Source of the DNA: Neodothiora populina
Lineage: Eukaryota
Reading direction: 5' to 3'
Length of the DNA stretch: 64,000 bases
Assembly: GCF_041146345.1 (NCBI RefSeq)
Contig: NW_027191406.1
Location: 248,001 to 312,000 of the forward strand
Under the pieces are notes generated by a model, which was given only the letters and a program-made list of their open reading frames with translations, had not been told where the DNA came from and did not search any database. Positions 47,332 through 61,337 of this stretch are shown piece by piece; the first letter of the stretch is position 1; each line of letters opens with the position of its first letter. The translations under genes and the position numbers were made by a program.

Positions 47332-48331
47332 CTAGGTTCGTGAGGGAGGCGGCGGCGGCGGCGGCCGAGGAGGAGGACAAGCTGATCCATTGCCAAAGTA
47401 TCCGACTGGCGCCGTCGTCGACAATTGCGGCGGTGCATGATGGAATGGTCTGACTTGAATGTCGTAGTAGACACCGGCTGTCATTTCGGTCAATTGGGAT
47501 GGTGGTCGGTAGAGTGTAGGGTAGCCAGAACAACGCGGACGCTCTGAGGTGGTCGCGACATAAGCCTGTCCCGCGTCTGTCGACAACGACTGATTCGTCA
47601 CACCAGAAGACCGCGCTGGTATTGTAGCCTGCGGAGAAGCGGCAGGTTGACTGGACCGCGACGCGTCATGGTAAAATTGCGTCATGGAATAGTCGCCAAA
47701 CTGTATCCACCACCAGAGAGTCAGCCACTGGCCGCGCTCGCAAAGGGCAGATAAGGCCCCTGAGTGGCAGACTGAGATAGCAACAAGGAAAAGCAGCACC
47801 TCGTGTTATATGACAGAGTAGATAGCACAATAGATCCAGGATACTTCAATCATACGCGCATGACAGCGCCAATGGCTCATACCGTTGGCTGCGAGGGGCT
47901 TCCATTCTGTTGCTCCAGCTGCTGCTGCTGTCGTTGCTTGTCCTCAATTTCCTCGTCTTCGTCCTCGTTATCGTGATGGCTGTTGTTGTAGTTACTGCTG
48001 TTACTGTTGCCGATGGCCTGCTTGCTCTCCTCGTCGTCATCGAGCTCCATCCTCTTGGCTAGTTGATCGAGCAGAAAGGCGCGCTCGAGACGCATCTTCA
48101 TGATGGCGCGGTTGAGACGAAGCTTGCGCAGACGGGCCGAGTCATTGGCTTCTTCGACTTCGTTCAGGCGGCGTTTGAGCTCGATGCATTTGCGATAATA
48201 TGCCTTTTCGACGGATGGCGCCAGAGGCGTGTCTTGGGTTGCGCTGGCTGTGTTTATCGTCAGTCGCAAGGTCCCTCATAAACAAGGCTGCTGTGAAGTC
48301 ACGAATCCAACTCACCTCCAGGTGAAGGCAT
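47332..48331 (-). CDS. INO80 subunit F / Nhp10 N-terminal-like coiled-coil protein; 3 exons, last exon tentative
   Basis: MPSPG, intron 48248-48315, then APSVEKAYYRKCIELKRRLNEVEEAND...IMKMRLERAFLLDQL. Intron 47701-47882 leads in frame to a Pro-rich exon. Confidence 0.65.
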
Positions 48332-48921
48332 GATAACTGCTTTATGATGTTGTCGTTATCTAAGTTCTGGAGTGACAGAGTCTATGAAGAAGAATGATGC
48401 GCGATGGATTAATGAGCAAGAAGATGGAATGTCGCACTGTCACAAATGATATGCGGAGAGGCAGTCACAGTGAAGCTCGGGGAAGTCAGGTCTTGGCAAT
48501 GGTATACTGCAGATCCGCAAGACATTGCTCTGTTTGGCACGTTCTAACCACCTTATGTCCAGTATCTTCCTCTCGCTCATTAGTTTCTTCTCTTTCAGTG
48601 TACATTACTGCAAGATTCTCAAGTTACTTAACGATATGCCATGCCGGACTACACTATTTCCGTCCCATGTGTTCACAGAACAAGCTTGGGTTGCCCTCAT
48701 CTACAGAAGCCCACCGCGCTATGCAATGTATATGTAGCAGAGTATAGATAGGAACGAATGAAGTTTGGACACAAGCAAAACGGGAAAAGCAGATCAAAAA
48801 CAAAATTCAAGGCTTGCCAAATTTTCTAGCTGTGCCATACGCTGTACTGGTCGTTTTCATATCATGTCGTATCCGTGTTGTGATAAACCCACTGTGCGTT
48901 CATTGTCTTTCCCATCTCTTC

Positions 48922-51822
48922 TTATGATCCGTTCCTCTCTTTCTCCTCAAGCTCTTTGACGTAGCGCACGAATCCTTTCTTGTGCACCAAGCCCACGAAT
49001 CTCCCCTGCTTGAGCACACAGATATATCGCAGTCCGAGTTTCGAAAAGCATTCGTATACCAATTCCATCGGGCTGCAGATGTCCAATGCCAGCGGCGAGG
49101 GGTCGATATATGCTGAGAAATCAAGTGGAGCATTCGATCCGGTGGAAGCGCCTTCTTCTTCATCGTCTTCATCATTATCCGAGGCAGCCGACTCAAAGGC
49201 CATCCTGGCCCCTCGCGGTCGAGAGTGAGTGCTGGTCATTTGACACAACGCATCATCCTCTTCCGACCCCAGACGGTCAAGAGCAAACTCGAGGTCCGGT
49301 CCAGGGATTATGCCCACCAGGGTACCGTCTTTCACGATGGGTAGACCTCCGTCGAGTTCACCAGCCATGTGCATGTGATCTAGTTGACTGCGCAACTGAC
49401 TGGCGGCGACAATCGGCGAGCTAGAGACGTCAATGATACGGGAGGGATTGACCGCGGGTGTGATGTCACCGAGATCTTCTGTGAATGGTGGGTGAGATTT
49501 GGCGTCCAAATACGGGTAGGAATTCATGTCTGTGAGAAGGTCGTAAATGCTGAGCGGCTCCAGTGCATCAGCCGTCCATTTCGACACAAGCACTCCGATC
49601 GAGAATGGGAGGACATGCTCAAGTGACCCAGTCAATTCGAAGAGAATGACTGCAAGCGTGACGGAAAGGCGTGTGACGCCGCACATGGTAGCCCCAGCCG
49701 CCACCAGATCGTACACTCCTGGCGTCACACATGATTCCGGATTCCCATCCATTGCGCACTCGCGGAATATGCCCCAGTGAGGATAAGCGAGTGTGATATA
49801 TTGGACAACGTGACCGACTATGCGGCCGAGGAGGCCGCCAACAACCATGGAAGGTACGTAGATCCCTGCAGGGATCTTGACTCCGAATGTTACCACGGTG
49901 AGCAGAGATTTAACAATAAAAGCAACTGCAAGATACCAGATGACCTGTGGGATATTGTCCTCTGTGGGGCACAATCCGTAGCCTGATGGTGTGAACGTAG
50001 AGCATGGACTTGCGAGCTCATAAAGCAATTCTGCAACCGGCATGCGAGTGTACTTGTTCCAGTAGCTGACCAGACCAGTAATGAATGCCACGAGGCAGAC
50101 CTCAAAGAGAGGGTGACCCTTGATCATGGGAATACGCCTGAAGGTGCGAGCCCATATGCGCGAGGCTTTGATGAATAGAGCGCCGAGAAGCCCACCCAAA
50201 ACGCCGAGCAATATGAAGATTACCATCTCAAAACTTCTCCAGTCGGTGAGATATCGAACTTCGAAAAGAACGATTTTGTTTGTGCCATATGGATTCAGGA
50301 ACTTCAGAGACAGAGCCGCAGCCTAGAGATTACGATTAGCGATCATGGGAGTGGATTGGATGGAGCTAATTCGAACAACTTACTATGCAACAGAAAAAGG
50401 TCCGGAACAGAGTCTTTGGCGGAAAGTAGTAGCTGACTTCCTCCAGTGAAAACAATACGCCTCCAATGGGACTGCCAAACGCAACTGCCACACCTGCCGC
50501 GGCACTGGCGCTCAAGATTTCACGTCTTTTTGCGTCATTGGAGCTATACTTTTCGAACATTCGGCATGCCACATTACCTATACAAGATGCAATGTGGACG
50601 AGCGGGCCTTCTTTTCCGATGCTGAGACCAGAGGCAACGGCAAGGATGAGACCTATGGTCTTGAAGACAAGTGTTCTCAGACCCAGAAAGCCTCTGATGA
50701 TAAAGCCACTCAGTATAACCTTGACCTCTGCCACACCGCTGCCAGCCGCCGGGAAATAGACCATCGGAGGTCGCTGAGTGGCCTGGACAAACCTGCGGGT
50801 GGGGCTGTCGAGGCTGTCTTTCCCGGCATCGGGGGCCGGTAGGGTGTTGCGGCGTTCTGCACCGAGATCCTCATCCAAGGTGGAAAGAGAAATGGCAGAA
50901 CTGATGACTGTCCTTGTCCGCAAGGTGACCAGGCATCCCAGACAGGCAAGCAGCATAACCCAAAAGACGAAGACGGCAAAGTCCAGGAACTCGTTCTCCT
51001 TTCGTCCTGGAGTCAAGCGGGTAGACCAGCGCATCCAGTTGTCGCAGACACTGCCGCCCTCACAGCAGCGTTTCTTGCTCTGGTACCAGCCAGAGCTGCA
51101 GTATCCTTCCTTCCAATCGAAAATTGCAGCCTCGGAAGTGTCGATCAGATAGGCTACGCCCGCAGTAAGGCAACCGATGATGGCCACGAGTATCCAGCCT
51201 TCTGCGGCATCGAAGAGTGCCTGGACTCTTGCCTTGAACCCCTTTTTACTGCGTAGTTGCTTCAGGCGGAAGGCATCGGCTATGCTGTCTTGCACCCAAT
51301 CGGTGGAAGTGAACTGATCGTACCAAACGCGGTCATCGACGTAGATGGATGCGGTCGATTTGGCGAGCGGGTCGGTATCTATAGGAGATGTCCGGTCAGT
51401 TTGTACTTGATGCTGTAGTGAACCACAGGGAACAAACCATCTGCTTCATTGCGCTCTGCTCCCAGGGCTTTTGCGACACGGAAGCCCAAGGAACCGTGTC
51501 GACTGTGATTCCGTCGTAGACTGTTTGTATGGCTCTGCTGTCGCTTGAAGAGCAGTCGAGGGGAGGCGGGCACACTCCGATAAGACGGCCGACCATCAGG
51601 GCTGTCAAGGAGACTCGAGTGCTCGTCGAGCAGAAGGCGAGAGGGCAGTCTACTCCGAAGATCCTGGTCCGACTGTCGCGTTACCGGCCTTCTCGTCGCT
51701 CTCGGTGAGGATGGGTAACTCCCTCCCCTGGACGCACTTGCTTGCTCATCCTCGTTTTGGATTTGGTTATCATCCTCTCCGTTTCGATTGTAGCTGTAGT
51801 AGGATGCCACTGATCTAGGCAT
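48922..51822 (-). CDS. CLC-family chloride channel / Cl-/H+ exchanger with CBS domains (Gef1-related), multi-exon
   Basis: YDQFTSTDWVQD; GSGVAEVK; GKEGP; AFGSPIGGVLFSLEEVS; PAGIYVP; SIYD; C-terminal CBS pair. Confidence 0.94.
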
Positions 51823-52966
51823 GGTGATGTCGCTTTCGTCGAGGCCCGACTAGCTGGGTTTGTGGTCGTGCTGCATGAACAAAACGGCAGGAGGGTCACG
51901 GCGAGGTGACGATAACAGGAAGTGGCGGTACTCGTATATACAGAGGGGCTATAAGATCATGGGAATGTGAAACGAGACCCGACGACGACGACGACGACGA
52001 CGACCAAGGCTACAGCTTCTTTTGGGAGTCAGTCAGCCAGGATGGGACTTGATGTTCGCCAGATGGTCAGAGATATGTCACGCGAGTCGGCACTGGACCC
52101 CATGATAAGATAGCCCACACCATTGTTCCGCTTCAACGACAATATGACATGGCCTGGTAGTGCCGTAGTCCTATTGTTTGCGCATCTGACCTTTGGGATC
52201 GTCACACGAACCCAATAGACTTCGTTACATCCACAGAACTAAGGGGGGGCCCTGCGTCGACGGACTCTTGCCGAAAGGCTCTCGCTACCTCGACCTCACC
52301 TTGCTGCGCGCTGCGATACGGTATCACTGGTTGGTTCTAATTTCAGAGGAAGATTGCGAATCGTCCGCCAAGGCAGAGCGGTCAACCGCATGCGCAACAT
52401 CTCGGATGTGCATATGACTCGTTAGTCAAGCGGCGGCAATCGTGTGAGATATATCGCATCTCACTCGGACTTGACTTGCCCACACCGTATATAACACGCG
52501 ATGACTCCATGCACTTCGATGTCATGGCGATCTCTCTTCACATATCGCAGGGACAGGCCACACTGTGAAGCGAGAGAGACATTGTGTCATGATCGAAGGT
52601 GCGGCGAGAGTCACACGTGGCAGAAGCATACAAGTCTTCTGACTGGCAGAAACAATACTCTATCGACGCGGGTATTTGCTGTACAAGTACCTCAAGTTTA
52701 CGGTTGGTACTAGTACAAGTGCAGTGTGTTTCGCAATAGGAGCATCGACAAGGGATGGGGTACCGGAGAAAACCCCTACCGGCCCGCAATTCTTCCGCTT
52801 TACGGAGAGTTATGCCCATCTGTACCTACAGTACCTTAACCGATCGGAATATGCCTGTTCAATCATACTCGATCGCTTGCCAAACACATACCGAGTATCT
52901 CCAACGTGAAAGCGGTAAGAATTGACCGACTCTTCTCGTCTGCGCTCTCTCTTCTTCCAAGTCGAG

Positions 52967-53947
52967 ATGGAACAATTCTTGTTGTTTGGTGATTCCATCA
53001 CCCAGCATGGCTGCTCTCAAATGAAGGGCTTCGCGCTCGTGCCAGCGATACAAGAATGTTGGTGAAGGACTATTTCGACTACCAGTACTATACATTTTCT
53101 TATATCTTGTGGTAGCATACATCCGTAGGCTAGATGTCATCAACAGAGGCTTCAGGTACCTATCGTCATAAGACCCACCCCGCCTGTTTATATTGAGCTC
53201 ACCAAACCAAGTGGGTACAACACGGAGCAGGCATTGAAGATACTCCCCAAGTTCTTCCCGGCACCTGCACAATCGCGGGTGCGGCTACTTGTGAGACAAA
53301 GCCATACCGGGATACTATGGCTGCACAGATACTGATGCCGAATGTAGACAATCTTCTTCGGTGCAAACGACGCACGACTCCCAGATACTCCGGGCTACCC
53401 CCAGACAGTTCTTCTGGAGCAATTCAGGAAGAACATTGCAAGTATCGCGACTCAAGCATGTGTGCAGGCACATAACCCACAGATAATTGTGATCACACCT
53501 CCTCCGGTAGACGAACGGCTCTGTCTACAGAATGACCAGCAGAACGGTATCAATGTCCAACGACGGACGGCGGCGAACACTGCAGCATATGCCGAGGCAG
53601 TACGTGAAGTAGGCAGTCAATTGAACCTGCCCGTCCTTGACATTTGGGACGCATTTATGCACGAGGCTGGATGGCAACAAGGCCAGGCGCTGCCCGGGTC
53701 TAGTGACATTCCTCAGAATGAGGTGCTCGTAAGACTTCTATACGATGGTGAGATTCAGTGAGAGCTGCTATGTTCACAGCAGTGTGGTATACTGAACACT
53801 GCGTTAGGACTCCATCTCAGCCCCGAAGGATATCGCGTCATGCACAGAGAACTGATGGGGCTCATTGCACGACAAGTGCCCGACCACTCGCCGGAGCGAA
53901 TACCTTGGGTATTTCCTGCATGGGACGACGCAGGAGCTTGGTCGTAG
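52967..53947 (+). CDS. IAH1: SGNH/GDSL hydrolase, isoamyl acetate-hydrolysing esterase-like; about 5 exons
   Basis: MEQFLLFGDSITQ (block I); DVINRGFSGYNT (block II); IFFGANDA (block III); DGLH (block V, split by an intron); ends VFPAWDDAGAWS*. Confidence 0.88.
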
Positions 53948-54451
53948 AGATTCAAGTCAGTCTGAAGTACAGATGCGATGTGGATAGAAGTGAAGAATTA
54001 TATACGACACGACATGGTCCCTTCTTGCTCACTGCACTGCGATGATAGAAGCTGACATTGTTCACTGTGAATTATGGCCGTATGTGTTGTATTGTGTTTG
54101 ATCAAAATCTTGGTTGACATCACGGTATTGCTTTTCCAAGACGTCATCGTGATCGACGGAAATGCGGAGGTTCTGCAGGTGCCCGGTCTTGTCTTTCAGT
54201 TTCTCACATCAAGTCTAGCGCTGTGGCATTACAAAGTATTACTTGACAGTGAACAATACAACTGCACGGTTGTCTGTCGTGTAACACACACCCACCTCTG
54301 ACACTTGTACCATAGATTGTTTTCTCTCGGTATCGGTGACAGGTGCATCGACTTTATATCTTTTTCGTCGGAAGAAAACTCATTCGCTCTTCACTAAAAT
54401 ACATACTTAATTTCCCCGTCTAGGGACAGTTCCCTCGACTCGATCTCCATC

Positions 54452-56159
54452 ATGGCTTCGCAAGAATCAGCAGAAACCTCTGAAAACACACCTCTCATCC
54501 CATCCACGAACGGATCATCTCGAGGTGGACCGCTCGGTAAGATGAGTAGAAGTGTCACCTTTAACCCCACAATTGCGAGCAGCAGTCCTCCACCCAACAG
54601 AGGACCCTTGTCAGCCTCAAGTTCCAGGACGCCAGGTCAGGTCTCGACTCTCCACAACCCTCCCAGAGATGGCTCTCAACCCATGTTGTCGGCGCTCAAC
54701 AGCAAGTTGAGACGGAGGAATAGTCAGGGTGCTCCCTTGATGCTGCCACTTTTTCCGGGCTCCAAGATTGGACCACAGAGGACAACCAGGACCGCACAGA
54801 AACTGAAGTTGCTTCCCAATCCGGAATTTGGAGATGACCCGGATGAAGAGAGTGGGCGCGAAGTGTATTCGCAATTCACACGCATCAAGGATCCCACCGC
54901 ACGAAGAGATGCTGCCAGGCTGGGCAAGGACGACAGAGACAAACTCCCCCGAGTGACGGCATATTGCACAGCTAGCTCCTATCGCATGGACGATCTTATG
55001 CGCTACTTGAAAGGAAAGACGAAACTCAGGAAAGCTTTACCCAAGCAGTTTGATGAGTGCATCTATTCTCCCTATGCATATTCCAAGACCGAGAGGAAGA
55101 CCGAGACAAGTACAGAAGTTCGGTCGTCGGCGCAGAGGAGGTTCTCGGACAGCGCAATTGAGGTCGAGGGAAATGCGGAGCGCAGACGGGAGGATCTCAT
55201 GGATTTCCATACAGATGCTGGCGACATTGTATCTGACGCCCAGAACGCCGCTACTGCCAACGAGATTGCACACCACGAGCTGGAGCACAACGATGCGGCC
55301 ATTGCACAGAACCCAGAAGCCACCAACACACCTGACTTTGACACGACAGTACACATCCCCGAGGTCTTTCTCTTTGAATATGGAGTCGTGGTGCTTTGGG
55401 GAATGTCTGTGGGACAAGAGCAGCGCTTCCTCAAGGAGATTGCCAAATTCGAGACGGAGAAGCTGAGCAAGGACAACATACAGGTGGAGAATTTCAATTT
55501 TTATTACACGAAAGAGTATCAAGCAAGAATATACAACGACTTCATCAGCTTGCGGGAGAAGAAGAATTACATGACCAAACTGGCCATCAGCCACGCGCTG
55601 GCTCAGAGCACCAAGGTATGTCGTTGCAGAAGTCTGGAACGAATTGCATCTGCTGATACTCGAGACAGACATCGTTATACGAAGATTTGGTGGACAACAC
55701 GATCGACACGACCAAAGAGATCCCCGCACAGATCGCCATGACTGGGAAAGTGAACCTGTCTCGACGTGAGATCAATATGCAGATCGGCGAGCTGTTCATC
55801 CTCCGAATCAACATTCACTTGCAAGGGTCTGTGTTGGATGCACCAGAATTGATGTGGGCGGAACCACAGTTGGACCCAATCTACCAGGCAGTGCGAAGCT
55901 ACCTCGAAATGGACCAGCGTGTGTCACTTCTGACGGAGCGACTCGATGTCATTGCCGATCTCCTTGCGGTGCTCAAGGACCAACTGACACACACTCACGG
56001 TAAGTCTTTGTTGTGTACCCGAGAGATTGAGTTGGCGGAGTGATTTTCTGACACTGAACAGGGGAATATCTCGAGTGGATCGTCATTGTTCTCATCGCAG
56101 CAGAGATATTAGTGGCTGCCATCAACATTGTGGTTGACTTGTACGCTGGAGTGGACTAG
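54452..56159 (+). CDS. RMD1: Rmd1/Sif2 family (DUF155) protein; 3 exons
   Basis: LPRVTAYCTASSY; EVFLFEYGVVVLWG; KLAISHALAQSTK; GELFILRINIHL; YLEMDQRV; LEWIVIVLIAAE. Confidence 0.9.
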
Positions 56160-56814
56160 AGGATGAGTGAAGGACACAGAGGGGGAGAGTAAGTGAGCGC
56201 TGTATATGTATATTCTGTGAATGCAAGATTCAGCGATGGAAGGTTTGTGCTTTCAAGTTTTTGCATGGCGTCTGCAGGGGATGGAATAGAGTGGTTTGCT
56301 GGATAACCGATGCTTCCATGAGATTTTTCGTTTCGCGCCATGTCCTTTTTGGTTTGCAAGGTACCTGCTGTTTGTAGAAAGCAACGCGAAAGGATAACCT
56401 CACCTTTCATTGTCACCGGAAGCCACACTATAGAAGCAAATAAAAGGGACAAACAAGCTGTCAGAGCTTCCAAGCAGCGAGCGGAGGAATTGCCTGCGAG
56501 TCAAGAGTTGAAGCTCTGGAGCAAGGTATGAGTAAGTGCAAGGTGGACGACACCTATACTCCACAATCACAAGGCGAGTCGCTTGTGGATTGCCCGTACA
56601 TGTATGATTGTCAACTTCGAATCGTATTCCAAAAAAAGGGGAAAGAATAACAATCCAACAATAGAGGAACAGACAAAAACAGAGAAGAAATATACGCGAC
56701 AGACAAGAAAAAGAAGTCATGATCTGAATGCTTCTGTTTCTGCCCCTCCTCCTCCTCCTCCTCCTCCTCGGCCTCCCCTTCTTCGATGCGCTGCCGTTCA
56801 CATAAACCATCCCC

Positions 56815-59800
56815 ATGAGTTGGAACTTGCTCGAGCGTTTCATCGAGTCGGAACACTTCAACAGAGACCCCTCGCTCACGGTCGCCTATCTCGCGCGATA
56901 TGCGGACCATGTCGGCATCCACTATGTCCTGTGTTCCAAGCTGCGCCAGTTCAGCTACGAGGAGATCGACTTCTTCCTGCCGCAGCTGTGTCACCTGGTC
57001 ATCTCCATCGACAATGACTCGATGGCCCTCGAGGAGTTTGTGATAGACTTGTGTGAGGAGTCGGTCAACGGAGCCCTGCTTGTATGACCACCTTACTCCA
57101 TACAATTGCTGCAATAGTCCCTTCCAAAGAGCGCATCGCTGAACTTCCACCCGCTGCAGACTTTCTGGCTCTTCCAGACCTACCTCCGGGATCTCACCCC
57201 GAATCCCTCGTCGAATGCCTTCAGGACCTGCCGCCGCGTGTACAACAAGGTGCAGCGCATTGTCTTTGGAGTCTCGGAGCCCGTGCGGAAAGAGAAGATC
57301 AAGGAAAACATCCTGCCCGTCACCGTCTTGTCGAGCATCGTCCTGGCCTCCATCGCCGCTCCCTTTTTGCCCGCCCACGTCGGGCCTCTAGCCATTGCAC
57401 AGGCCCGGAAGCCTCGCCCCGTCGAGGAGACCATCTCGGAGAATGTCCAGACTCAGAAGCTGGGCAGGAGTCACACTGTGTCGGGAGGGACAACTCGCGC
57501 GAGGAGGCCACGACCCTCACCAAGCACTCCGGGAGACGCACCCAAGAGAATGACACGCACCGTCTCGAGGACGACCATAGACGAGTCCAGCGCTGTCGAG
57601 TCTCCAGCCTCGTACTCTCCCACGCCGCGACGCGTCGCCAGTGGCCAACACCTTCCGTCGCATCGTCAGTCGTTGCTCGTCACCCGCAACCACGAGGGCT
57701 ATACGAGTACAGCCTCGTTGCCCGATATTAGATCCTCACCAGACTTCCTCCCTGGAGCGCCGAGTCCACCAAAGCTGTCGCGCAGGCCTACAGAGATACC
57801 CACTTCGCCTCGTCGCCATTCCCATACAGCCAAGCCTCTCAGCGTCACTTCGTTGACTCCCAGTCAACGCACGCGCATCCTCAGGTCAAACTATTTCCGC
57901 AACCAGACGCAGTTCCTGACCGCGCTCGAAGACATTTCCAATCGTCTGGTAGCCGTGCCGAAACCCGCTCGGTTGAGCGCCCTTCGTGCCGAACTCGCCT
58001 TGATTGCTCAGGATTTACCCGCCGAGGTGGATATCCCACTGATATGTCCAGCCACGCTGGAAGGAGGCATGGCCTCGCGCAGCCGACACCATCGCATAGT
58101 CCGCCTCAATCCTGCCGAGGCCACCAGTCTCAACAGTGCAGAGAGGGTCCCCTATCTGCTCATGGTCGAGGTCTTGAGGGAAGACTTCGACTTCAATCCC
58201 GATGCCGAGCAGAATCTGAACTACATTGCTAGACTCATGGCGGAGAAAGGCAAGTCGAAACGTCGTCTCTTCGACATCACAGACGAGGCCAGGGAGAAGG
58301 TACGCTATGCGGAAGCTCAAGCCGAGTCGGACATTCCACCCGAGCCTGCCACAGGCGACCTGGCGAGTGCAGCTCTGCTTCGTCACTCTGAAGAGTCCGA
58401 CAAGCCGCTGGCCCTGGCGAGGGCTCAGACCACAATGATGAACAGCGTGAAGGACCTCCCGCAATTATCCAGCGGCATCGGCTCGCAATCGTTGACGAGT
58501 CTCGTGCCTCCTCGGTCCTCTGATCTGTCGACGAGCAGGTCAGCCAGTCCTGATCCACGCAGATCCACTCCGCATCAAGGGAGGTACCAAGCTACCGACC
58601 ATACCGACTTCTCCGCTCTCGCAACCCACATGCGAACAGCTTCGCAAATGCTTGCACAGCTGGACCTCAGTAGTTCTAAACGGCCGAGGAACGAAGTCGC
58701 CGCCATCAAGGCCAAAATCATCGCGAGCATGCAGTCGTTGGAGGAACAGAGCTTCCTGACCGAAGACGCCACCCAAGTGTCTAATTTCGACACCCTCATG
58801 GCCAATGCCAACGATGTCAGCGACCACGCCGACCCGGCCGACCTCGACGATCCCGCCCTCGAACCAAACGAGGCAGATCCAAATCTTAGTTCCAATGCGG
58901 GTGCTGCACGTATGGAGAACGACATCAAGACCGGTGGCGTGCAGCGCAAAGGCGATCGAGACGACCCTTCAGCCGCCACTTTTGGCGAAGCCTGGGAGTT
59001 GAAAAAGGAGCGCATCCGTCGCAGCAGTCCCTACGGCTGGATGAAGAACTGGGATCTGCTGTCCGTCATCGTCAAGACCGGAGCCGACCTGCGCCAGGAG
59101 GCGTTTGCGTGCCAGCTCATCGCCGTCTGCGCCAAGATCTGGGACGAAGCGAGAATCGACGTCTGGGTGAAACAGATGCGCATCCTGGTGACGGGAGAAT
59201 CATCCGGTCTCATCGAAACAATCACCAATGGTGTCTCGCTCCACTCACTCAAGAGATCACTCACGCTGGCCTCCATCGCCGCCGGCACGAACCCCAAGAA
59301 ACGCATCGCCACGCTCCGGGACCACTTCATCAAAACCTTCGGCGCGCCCGAGTCCCGCGCCTACGCCACAGCGGTGGGCCACTTTGCGAAAAGCCTCGCG
59401 GCATACAGTGTGATAAGCTACGTACTGCAGCTCAAAGACCGACACAACGGCAACATCCTGATCGACAGCGTCGGCCACATCATTCACATTGACTTCGGGT
59501 TTATGCTATCCAACACGCCCGGATCAATGGGCTTCGAAGCCGCGCCGTTCAAGCTGACGCAGGAATACGTCGACGTACTCGGAGGCGTCGAGAGCCCGCC
59601 GTTCAGAGTGTTCAGAGAGGCCATGAAGGAGGCCTTCCAAGCACTGCGCAGAGACGCAGAGAGAATCGTGACCCTTGTCGAGCTCATGGGCAAGGAGAGC
59701 CGAATGCCATGTTACAGCGGAGGCGTGGTCAGCGTCGTGGCCGCGCTGAGGTCGCGGTTTGTGTTGGAGAAGAGTAAAGAGGAGGCCGCGCTGTGGGTCG

Positions 59801-59964
59801 AGGAGTTGATCGCGAAAAGCGTGGGGAGTTATTATACCAGATTGTGAGTACAATTCCCATCTCCTACGATATCCTGCCTGGTCGGGCATGTAACAGCTAC
59901 TAACGATGACGTCTTGTTCCACAGATACGATACTTTCCAATACCGTACACAGGGAATCTACTAG
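56815..59964 (+). CDS. PIK1: Phosphatidylinositol 4-kinase Pik1 (PI4KIII-beta); 3 exons
   Basis: IDFFLPQLCHL; LNSAERVPYLL; VIVKTGADLRQE; QLKDRHNGNIL; IHIDFGF; FEAAPFKLT; ends YDTFQYRTQGIY*. Introns ~57082-57160 and ~59843-59923. Confidence 0.96.
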
Positions 59965-60347
59965 ATGGGACATCTCTGCTTGAGCATTTGAGATCGGGGA
60001 AGGAGCAGAGGAGTAATGTTTGTCTCACCACACTTTCATATACACACACGAAACTCGTGAACTACACACCACCATACGCCATGACTATCCATGAGGGTGA
60101 GATTGTGTGAGTGAGAACGTGAATGCTAGAGAGCGAGAGCTATACTTACGCTTTGCAACCAATCTATCGAATTGCAGAGAGGAGGAATGAAGCATTCGAA
60201 ACTTCACTCATTGATGTCTTCACGTCCTTCCTTCTTGCTCTTTTTCGCCGTATGTGATATTGATTCACAGGAAGCCATAACAGACGAACGGAAACCCGGG
60301 TATAGTACTCCTACTAGTCCTTGTTAAAACCGCATTCCCATCCTCCT

Positions 60348-61300
60348 CTACCTCACAGCCGCCTTGACAATATTCTCCATGCGATCCTGCATATCCGCAA
60401 AGATATTAACCGCATCAACAAGCTTCTTCTCGTCAGCACCGTTTTTGCTCCTACTATGCGCCATACGCCACGCCGCCTCGTCGTCGACCAAAGTCTCATA
60501 GAACTCATAGTCCGCAACCGTGTTCTTCAGCTGATCTTCCTCACTGCTCTCGCACCAGCCCCACAACGCCGGGTCCATCACCGAAGAATCAGTAGCAGCC
60601 AACTCAGCGAGCAGCGGCGGAGAAACAGTGATATGTGCCACACCAGCCAACTGCATGACCTCGGCAACACTAGTCAACGAAGCAGGCAGAACCATCGTCT
60701 GTTTGCCTCTCGCGACAAAACCCCGCTGCGCAGATCTGCACACCTCAAAGCCCTTATCTGCGTCTATGTATCCAGGCACGAAATGCACTTTGAGCTCGTT
60801 GACGTACGGCGCGATGTACGTGCAATTCGCGCGGGCGGCGGTGGCGGCCTGGAGGGGCGAGAAGAGGGTCGTGGCCAAGGTGTGGATTCTGGAGGGCAGA
60901 GCCTCGAGGATGGAGCACGCGCGCAGGCCTTCGTATGTGCTTGGGATTTTGATGCAGATACGGGAGCGGGGGAGGGTGGGGGTTAGTTTTGAGAAGAGGG
61001 TCATGATCCCTTTTTTTTCGGTCTGCTTAGCGTGGGGGATTGGGGGGGTGGTTGCGCCCAGGGAAAAGGGGGAGGGGTGGGTATGGCGAGAAACTCACGT
61101 TTCGCATTCGCTACTGTTCGCTCCGTCGAGTATGCGTGGTAGGGATTCGTTTGGACGTGCACGAAGCCTGTCAGGTACGCTGCCATTCTCGAGGATAGCT
61201 TGATCATCTGTTACGTCTCAGGTGATAAGTGTCAGACTGGCCCTTTTGTCTCGAATCTAGTGGGATAGACTAGTTATGTGCGTGAAAAACAGGGTCGGAG

Positions 61301-61337
<37 letters not shown>

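Noticed and set aside
56583..57731. Long antisense and alternative-frame ORFs over PIK1 (also over VPS34, UBP12 and RMD1)
   Set aside because: Shadow ORFs produced by GC3-rich codon usage and simple repeats; no domain-like content.
1..59964. VPS34 and PIK1 (two phosphoinositide kinases) plus several lipid genes in one window, as a functional cluster
   Set aside because: They are ~55 kb apart with unrelated housekeeping genes between them; nothing beyond chance linkage is visible.
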